In this document: one piece after another, positions 1 to 7,009 of the stretch | Numbering within the stretch: position 1 is the stretch's first letter | How the letters are laid out: every line of letters begins with the position of its first letter | DNA from: Takakia lepidozioides | Taxonomy: Eukaryota; Plantae; Bryophyta | Direction of reading: 5' to 3' | Assembly (NCBI GenBank): GCA_030704615.1 | Contig: JAKLZA010000380.1 | Span: 1 to 7,009 of the forward strand | DNA length: 7,009 nt | Made by a program: the position numbers and the translations under genes | Notes under the pieces: model-generated | What the model saw: the letters and a program-made list of their open reading frames with translations, nothing else | The model's database searches: none | What the model was told of the DNA's origin: nothing

Positions 1-926
<926 letters not shown>

Positions 927-1067
927 TGGAATTTCGGTTCCGATGGTTTCACGATTTCAGTCCAGTCCGAACGGAATGCGGTCAACCGCATTTCCGTCTG
1001 GATGTTGGTATGTGCGACTCGGATGGACTACGCTGCCGCATTTCTTCAGATGGTTCACGTTTTCAGT

Positions 1068-1101
1068 CAGAACGGAAATGCGGTACCGCATTTCCGTTCT
1101 G
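1068..1101. repeat. Perfect 34 bp palindrome CAGAACGGAAATGCGGTACCGCATTTCCGTTCTG
   Basis: The left 17 nt are the exact reverse complement of the right 17 nt. A perfect 30 bp version lies at 1551-1580 and a perfect 22 bp CG-centred version at 1452-1473. Confidence 0.97.
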
Positions 1102-1175
1102 GATAGTATGATGTCTCAAGCGGTCGGATTGCGCTGTATGAAGCTGTCGGAATCGCACTCGCTTCCACATCAGAT

Positions 1176-1636
1176 ACAAATGGAAATGCGGCGCCGCATT
1201 TTCCGTTCTGGAATGTCGGAAAGTGCGACTCTCGTACAGAAATGCGGTGCCGCTTTCTCTGTTCCGTTGTTCATAATTCTCAATCAAACGGAATGCGGTA
1301 CCGCATTTCCGTTCCACCTTCACATACCGTGCTTGGTGGGATGGAAATGCGGTACCGTCATTGTCCGTTATGGATAGTATGAATGTCTTTTAAGGACGGA
1401 AATTGTGCTTTCAAGTCATTCATCCCTCAGCTCCATGCATCATAACAAAATGGAAATGCGGCGCCGCATTTCCGTTCTGGAATGTCGGAAAGTGCGACTC
1501 GGACGGAATGCGGTGCCGCATTTTGTTCCGTGTGTCATAATTCTCAATCAGAACGGAAATGCGGTACCGCATTTCCGTTCCACCTTCCACATACCGTGCT
1601 TGCTGGATGGAAAGGGTTACCGCATTCCCGTCTGGA
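1176..1636 (+). repeat. Higher-order direct duplication: ~1176-1373 repeated at ~1445-1636
   Basis: Both copies share four palindromes and the same linkers in the same order: CTGGAATGTCGGAAAGTGCGACTC, TCATAATTCTCAATCA, CCACCTT(C)CACATACCGTGCTTG. Offset is about 265-270 bp. Confidence 0.92.
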
Positions 1637-2886
1637 GAGGATAAAGGTTTCCTCCTCCTACGGAAACTCGGTGCCCCCGCATTCCGTCGCTCTGGTGCAT
1701 GACCAAGAAGCAACGGAAATGTGGCGCCGTATTTCCGTTCACCAGCAATCGAAAGAATCACTCCGGGCCGGAATCTGGAACCTAAATGGGTGCATTGTTC
1801 CGAAACAACATTGCGGCAATCTTTATGACACAACTTGGTTGTCTGACCGTTTTAACCACCATCCTGGCACTTGTCAGTGCGAACGTTCCTGTCTGCAACC
1901 GAGAATACTGCTTGATCCACCCTCAGGAGAAACTGTCAGGAGATGTTATTTCGTCGCCGAATCGGCCCTCATTGTCATCTTACTGACTATGGAATCAAAC
2001 CTCCCACCTTCATGCATGTAGCTTGAAACAATACTTTCCACTTCAATGTGCGACTTCCAATCGTCGATGGACTCCGCAGATCCACTTAATGGTGCCCTGG
2101 AGCCTTGTCTGTCGCTATACTGAACCTCGCACTTGCCAACTCCGTGCGGTTTTCGATGGCTCCGAATTCCTACGCTATAGTTTGCTGTCCTCGCGCAACT
2201 TGGGAGAGCTGGATCCCAACAAGGGAGACTTTGCAGAGTACTAAAACTTACCTTTGTTCCAATTCAAGCTCAAACCGGGCACATTTTATTTGGAATAAGA
2301 AAGGAAGGATGTTCCTGGACAGGTTGACGAGACCAATTGTCGTGCTATGTAACGACGGAGGTTGCGGAATCGAATGGCCACGTTCCGCGGCCGTCAGACA
2401 CCATCCTGTACCGATCTGTGGGAATGCCCATTCCCTTTCCGAATCAGTCGCTGCCACAACCATCCACAAAGGAGTCCGGAAACCGAGAGGCGGCCACTGC
2501 CAACAGAGAGTTATGCAACGATAATCATTCCCACCTGGACCGTCAAACCCTCCATAGCTTCTCGTGTGGTCGTATTCGACATTTCCGACGAGGAAGATGA
2601 TTGCATTGAGGTACCCATGTCCTCCACCGGTCGTATCAAATCCGGCATGGACGTCTCTGTCGGTGCTACGAATGTGCCCTCGAGCATACTCCACACCCGT
2701 CCATTTGTGCAGCTCCTACGACAACATCACCTCGATGGTTCTCGCTCCGAGCTGGCTCTCTCGACTATTCCCAAATTCCCAGTCATAAAGGTAACTTTTT
2801 CTGCCTCCCGAAGTCAATGGCAATGTCATCTTCGAGTTTTCCACCCTGTTTCTTCGTCAAACAAAGCCTCCGGGATGTTAACAGAC

Positions 2887-3241
2887 ATGGATCGAAAGCA
2901 TGACGGACACCCCTGGTGTGTGACAACGACCAGTATCGAAAATTGTTGATGGTGTCGTGTACGATATGTCCTCTGTGCGGGGAAGCTGGGTGCCGCAATC
3001 CCACCTGCTTCCACTTTCTCTCCAAGGAGGGCGGAGAAACGAGACGGATTGGACTGGCACAACACAATCATCCATTCATTGTCTCCAGCCAAGCTCCTGC
3101 GGGTTCTTCAAGTGTGCACATTGGCAAAGAACCACCACCGACGTGCATGTCCATGTGCAGAGCCAAGCTCAATATTACGTAATCCATTTGCTCCCGGACT
3201 TGACTAGAGCTTGCATACACGTTGGGGTCCACTGCCACCCC
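2887..3241 (+). other. Putative WRKY/GCM1-like zinc-finger DNA-binding domain of the transposase
   Basis: DGHPW (2902-2916) parallels WRKY DGYxW. CAGKL-C (2974-2993) parallels the GCM CLGxxxC. Extra Cys residues follow (CRNPTC, KCAH, TCMSMC), and the region ends in HxGxHxHP (3218-3241), like WRKY YEGEHNH and GCM KGEHDHP. Confidence 0.55.
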
Positions 3242-3572
3242 TTGCGAGAGGCAACATGCGTGAGGCTGTCAGGAAGCACACGACATCATAAAGAGGAGGT
3301 GAAATTGAACCCCGGAGCCAGACCAAAGCAGATTCAGCTGAAGGCAGCCCACAAGATTGCTCTTGGCAAATCATGTCTGAGATGGTTCCGACCGAGAGCC
3401 CTTGACCGAAGACGAGATGCGTGACCTCTTGGAGTCCGTCCTCGCACGTTTGTAGTCCGAATGTGCGGATCACATCGTATCTTGCAAGCAGGATTTTGGC
3501 AGGGGTGTCGGACATGTACTCATCCTGGAGGTGAAACGAATGACTGGATATGACTACATCCAAGGTAGCAGG

Positions 3573-4392
3573 TTTCCAGGGCAAGGCAGCGAATCCGATC
3601 GTTGTTACATTTTCAAATGTCGACGTGTTGGGCCTGGGAGTGAGTCGACTTGGTCACTCGCATGACAACTGGAAACTTGTCGAATGCTTGGTTGATGTTT
3701 GATCACATCAAGCGATTACAACCATCAGTGGGTGACTATGGGTGCCATGTTTATGACTATCACTCCAAGAGGCTCATGACGATTGCAATCTGCGAGATGA
3801 AAAGGGAGGACACACATTCCGAGATGCATCTGTGGGAGGGCATAAACAGCAGATGCCAAGGGCGGTGATTGCCAGAGCCCAATTCAGGGGATTCATGGCA
3901 GACACGCTCAGCCAACTGGGCAGCGGTGCGGCGTGTGTACGGTGAGGACCCCAATGTTTCCAATGGAGGGGAAAGAGAGATCCTGTGGATTCCATTGGAT
4001 GCAGAGTCTATCCCACTACACTACCAATTGTTGGCTAGCCATTCATTCCAGGCTGAACCCGTGTCCTTTGTACGGCGTGGAAGGATGCACCCACATTTGA
4101 TGACGCGGAGGTTAAGTTTTGCTATCATTGAGGCTTGGTGGAACACGTCAGGTGCAGTGGAGACAACCAATCTGGGAGCATTGCACAGCTAGTTGGGTGG
4201 TGGCATTTTCGGTATCGACAGTTCGGACAGTACATGCGGGAGGTAGGCTGCTGTCAATTTCGTTCATTTGTCTTTCCTGTACGGACATTTCGATTGGTCC
4301 CTCACCATTGTTTGTGTCCTCTAGAGCGGTGCTTGGATTCCGACACGGACATGCCGAACACGAATATGGCAGAATCGGTCCACTCCTCCTGG
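3573..4392 (+). other. DDE transposase catalytic core (MULE type)
   Basis: Candidate D1 in MFDH (3701-3703), D2 in FRGFMAD (3901-3903), CxxH motif CGFH followed by W (3984-3998), and E in TNMAESVH (4372-4374). This matches the MULE D..D-x(n)-CxxH..TNxxES pattern. An apparent TGG>TAG stop lies at 4190-4192. Confidence 0.8.
4243..4326 (+). other. Candidate spliceosomal intron within the transposase core
   Basis: Donor GAG|GTAGGC at 4243, a T-rich interior, and pyrimidine-rich TTGTGTCCTCTAG(AG) acceptor at 4324 or 4326. Using 4326 removes 84 nt and keeps ...QYMRE joined in frame to ...DMPNTNMAES. Confidence 0.6.
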
Positions 4393-5596
4393 CGAGCGTC
4401 TTCTCCGCACATCTGGTGGACGTAGTGACGGCCACAATGGAGGACATCGACAGAGCAATCATGCAGCAAGCCCACGTACTACAAGTTCCTGAGCGGCAAA
4501 CAATGGGTGCTTTGGGCCGGACAGGGAGGAATTGTTTGGACGAACAGCTTCGAGGTCCAAGAATCCAGTGAAATGGGCGACAGCATTGCGAGAGAAGATC
4601 AAAGGGACGCCTCTGTTGCACCGCAGAGGTGAACACCTAGAGGGGGACGTCCGGACTCGCCCTGTCAGGCGGAGGATTGAAGAGGAACCCGGGTGCGAAG
4701 AGGATTCCTGGAGATCCGACAGGAACATCGGACAGCACCTCGAGGTCCCGTCATGTTGCCGGGCACATGTGTCTTCCAGCATGGAAGCCAAGAAATTCCA
4801 GATCGCCGTCGCCTTCACCGGGGATTTCGTGCAAAAATTCCCACCGCTCCCTTGCCCCACATTCCGCCCGCTGTTATGCAGTATGGCCAAGCATTGTGAG
4901 ACGACTGGGTCTGCATCACAGTGGAGAATTGCTTGCACAAAGCCGTCGTTTCGAGGAAGGTGTTCCGCCATTCGTGTGGATACCGGCAACGTTGTTTAGA
5001 GATGATAAGGAGGAATCCGATATGGCTGTCCCTGCTCCTACTTTTACAGGAAGATTTGTCCATGGCAAAGTTTTGCGGAGGCGACAACCACCCAGTTCTG
5101 GTTCTGCAGGCACGCCATTATGACTTGCGGTATGGAAAGCCCAAGTACGGCATAACAAACAATGCCAGAGGCTCCCCCGGTGTGGCTGGTGGAACCGGAT
5201 GCCTGGATCTGAGTGTTTGAGTGTGGGGCCGACGCCCTTAGGTGCCGCCCAGGCTTTCGGATCGTGCCAGGACGTCGCCGGATCGTCCCGGGGTGGACAC
5301 ATGCCATTGTCGCTTTCCACAGACTGCGCTCACCACCGACCCCTGTGAGAGCAGAGACATGGGACACGAGCAGTCTCTAAGCATCCTACCCATCGTGTGG
5401 GGTAAACCGAAAGGCCGACCTCCCTCAAAAGTGAACGAGACAAATGGGAATGCACTTCGGATGAACTGTACAATCCAGAGCTCGACAGAAGTCCGGCCCA
5501 CCCAGGATTCAGGCGTGTGTAGCAAAGGGCCACGACGGCGGGCTCAGCTGTTCGCAATGAGGTGTACACCGCATCACCATTTCAGAATTACCCACC

Positions 5597-5659
5597 TGCT
5601 ATTGCACCGACTTCCAGATCATGGCGAACAAGGGGGCCATCATACGCCCTTGCAAGCAT
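5597..5659 (+). other. SWIM zinc finger (C-x-C-x15-C-x-H)
   Basis: The frame starting at 5573 reads ITISELPT-CYC-TDFQIMANKGAIIRP-CKH, followed after a 1-nt shift by VYYVYL. It is absent from the ORF track because no listed ORF covers this frame. Confidence 0.85.
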
Positions 5660-6052
5660 TGTGTACTACGTGTACCTGCTAACTCCGTTGTATTTCCACA
5701 ACTCATCACTTCATACAGTGCACAGGGTTGAGCCCCAAGGTTCACACTCTTCTGAATATGGAGCCAGGGTACCAGTGAGCTTGGCTTGCGGGCCACATAC
5801 AATGGTAAGGCCATCCTTTTGGCGAGATAGTAACTGAACTGCTGCGCAAGTACCTCAGTCAACTCTGGCCACACAAAGTCCGACATATGTCTTGCCTACC
5901 AGTAACCTGTTTGCTCGAACTAAGATATTACTAGAGGGTCTTACTTATCTTGTTTGTTTCCACGTGCATGTATGTTTGTTGTTGTTGGAGTGTTGTCGCG
6001 TTGTTTTCTGCGGCTTCCGCGGAAACTGCTTTCCTGCATTCGACCTCCACAA

Positions 6053-6074
6053 GGAAATGCGGCGCCGCATTTCC
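6053..6074. repeat. Isolated perfect 22 bp palindrome GGAAATGCGGCGCCGCATTTCC downstream of the transposase
   Basis: Identical to 1452-1473. Weaker relatives occur at about 6019-6042 and 6150-6173, with half-sites at 6441-6448 and 6521-6531. Confidence 0.95.
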
Positions 6075-6496
6075 AGGAGGGTCCGGAGTCCCCCAGAGGC
6101 GCCCTTCGCCAACACCAAACCGCTCCGAAATTTCCGACGTGGGGGTGCGAACGGTGCGGCATCCCCTATTTCCCAGTTCAGTTGCAACCTTTCCGCCGAA
6201 TACCCGAAGAAGAACAGAATTGTGAAGTACTGCAGACTGTATTGGTGCAGACTCCATGGTCAGGGGAATCGCGGCAAAAGGGTCAGCTTCAGTTCCAATT
6301 TAAGGCATGTAAGACCGCAATACTCGACATGCCAGTATCCGACGTGGCAGTGGTATACTGGATTTCCCTTGCACGGTCACTTATTTCCATGAGCGGATTC
6401 TAAAAAACCATGAACGGACTTGTTACGCGAGCATATCTTCGCCGCATTACATGATCTGGAACGTCCAAAAGCTGGCAAGGTCAAATAAAAAAACTA

Positions 6497-7009
6497 TTAT
6501 TTTAATACTTGTTTAAATCTGCCGCATTTCCAATTTGGAGGTAGTCCGCTCATGGAATCCGCGTATCTTACGTTCGTGAGCTCACCCTCATGGGGCTTCA
6601 TGCGGCTCATGGCTCCTGGCTCATGGTTCGGGGTTCTGCTCATGAAATAGTAACCACCTCTGTCCGTCCAGTCTCGCACCCCTGATCCAAACATCCCCAA
6701 ATGATGCTGGGGTCCGCACATACTCCCGGTTGAACGGCATGGATATGATATCAACAAACACCCACTGACAACACGCGTCCACTACGCGTTGTAACATTTC
6801 AACACGCCATCTATCCAGGTCCTCGAAAGCGGGAAAGTCCGTGTCCCCGATCCGCACGTTCCAGACTCGCCAAATACCACTACGCAGCTGGTCTCCCCAC
6901 CTATACAGCAGATCCCGTGTCCACTCGTGGACATGCATGGACACTTGGTGTTCGGGCGCTCATTGCTAAAGACCTGGACATAGCAAGACGACAATGTCGC
7001 CAACCCGGG
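6497..7009 (-). CDS. Possible frameshifted minus-strand coding fragment of unknown product
   Basis: Three overlapping minus-strand ORFs (6782-7003, 6621-6944, 6497-6757) tile toward an AT-rich patch at about 6480-6520. No recognisable motif. Confidence 0.2.

Larger units (their letters stand above)
927..1745. repeat. Tandem array of palindromic repeats (consensus (AAC)GGAAATGCGG[TA/CG/TG]CCGCATTTCC(GTT)), ~53 bp period
   Basis: Recognisable copies at about 971-997, 1023-1044 (degenerate), 1068-1101, 1182-1204, 1238-1258, 1287-1313, 1342-1367, 1452-1473, 1507-1522, 1551-1580, 1609-1629, 1660-1687 and 1712-1739. Centres are ~50-56 bp apart, with two ~108 bp gaps where a unit appears eroded (e.g. 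ACGGAAATTGTGC near 1396). Confidence 0.95.
2520..5870 (+). pseudogene. MULE-family DDE transposase, multiply frameshifted (pseudogene or uncorrected sequence errors); start and end approximate
   Basis: Collinear + strand blocks across alternating frames: GSRSELAL / LDYSQIP / FLPPEVNGNVIFEF / MDRKHDGHPWC / CAGKL-CRNPTC / RRNETDWTG / YYVIHLLPDLTRACIHVGVHCHP / YIQGSRFPGQGSESDRCYIFK / VDLVTRMTTGNLSNAWLMFDHIKR / CHVYD..MTIAICEMKRED / FRGFMAD / ANWAAVRRVYG / PMEGKERSCGFHW / AIIEAWWNTSGA / WHFRYRQFG / PNTNMAESVHSSW / HLEGD..DSWRSDR / PAPTFTG / FWFC / PPVWLV / CYCTDF..CKH. The order matches MULE architecture and resembles bryophyte hypothetical proteins as I recall them. Confidence 0.85.
927..6531 (+). 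mobile_element. Mutator-like (MULE) DNA transposon, termini not resolved
   Basis: A DDE/CxxH/SWIM transposase-like gene is flanked by the same palindromic motif on the left (array) and right (6053-6074, half-site at 6521-6531). No TIR pair or target-site duplication could be identified, so the boundaries are approximate. Confidence 0.65.

Noticed and set aside
971-1739. CRISPR array
   Set aside because: The spacers recur in duplicated blocks, the repeats are loop-less full palindromes and degenerate throughout, no cas gene is visible, and the context looks eukaryotic.
5670-5718. Second intron after the SWIM finger (GT at 5670/5672 to CAG at 5718)
   Set aside because: It would be under 50 nt with a weak donor, and the frame cannot be tested given the indel noise. 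Left unresolved.
2248-5886. Minus-strand ORFs opposite the transposase (e.g. 2248-2694, 4148-4636, 4459-4989, 4916-5320)
   Set aside because: They carry no recognisable motifs and are best explained as shadow ORFs of the + strand gene.
6053-6074. Rho-independent terminator or bacterial REP element
   Set aside because: There is no loop or U-tract and no REP-type tetranucleotide foot or RAYT gene. The neighbouring transposase is eukaryotic MULE-like rather than IS256-sized.
5892-6403. ORFs 5892-6392 and 5954-6403 as genes
   Set aside because: They run through a TG-rich low-complexity patch and the palindrome copy, and show no domain signal.
927-7009. Defined terminal inverted repeats and target-site duplication
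   Set aside because: The only left-right matches are the self-complementary palindromes. No extended inverted match or flanking direct repeat was found by eye.

Overview
The window looks eukaryotic, probably land plant or bryophyte-like (from recalled protein similarity, not a search), and the sequence appears noisy. It opens with about 926 nt of near-pure poly(A), probably a read or contig-end artefact. Next is a ~0.8 kb array of palindromes (core GGAAATGCGG-TA/CG-CCGCATTTCC) repeating about every 53 bp, with a higher-order ~270 bp duplication. Then comes a ~3.3 kb, heavily frameshifted + strand gene that the ORF track shows only in pieces. Joining frames gives a Mutator-like (MULE) DDE transposase: a WRKY/GCM1-like zinc-finger region, a D-D-CxxH-E catalytic core with a probable intron, a further Cys/Trp-rich module and a C-terminal SWIM finger. 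An exact copy of the palindrome recurs just downstream of the gene (6053-6074), so the array is best read as subterminal repeats of the transposon. The half-site ATGCGG resembles the GCM binding motif. No CRISPR-Cas, rRNA or tRNA genes are supported.
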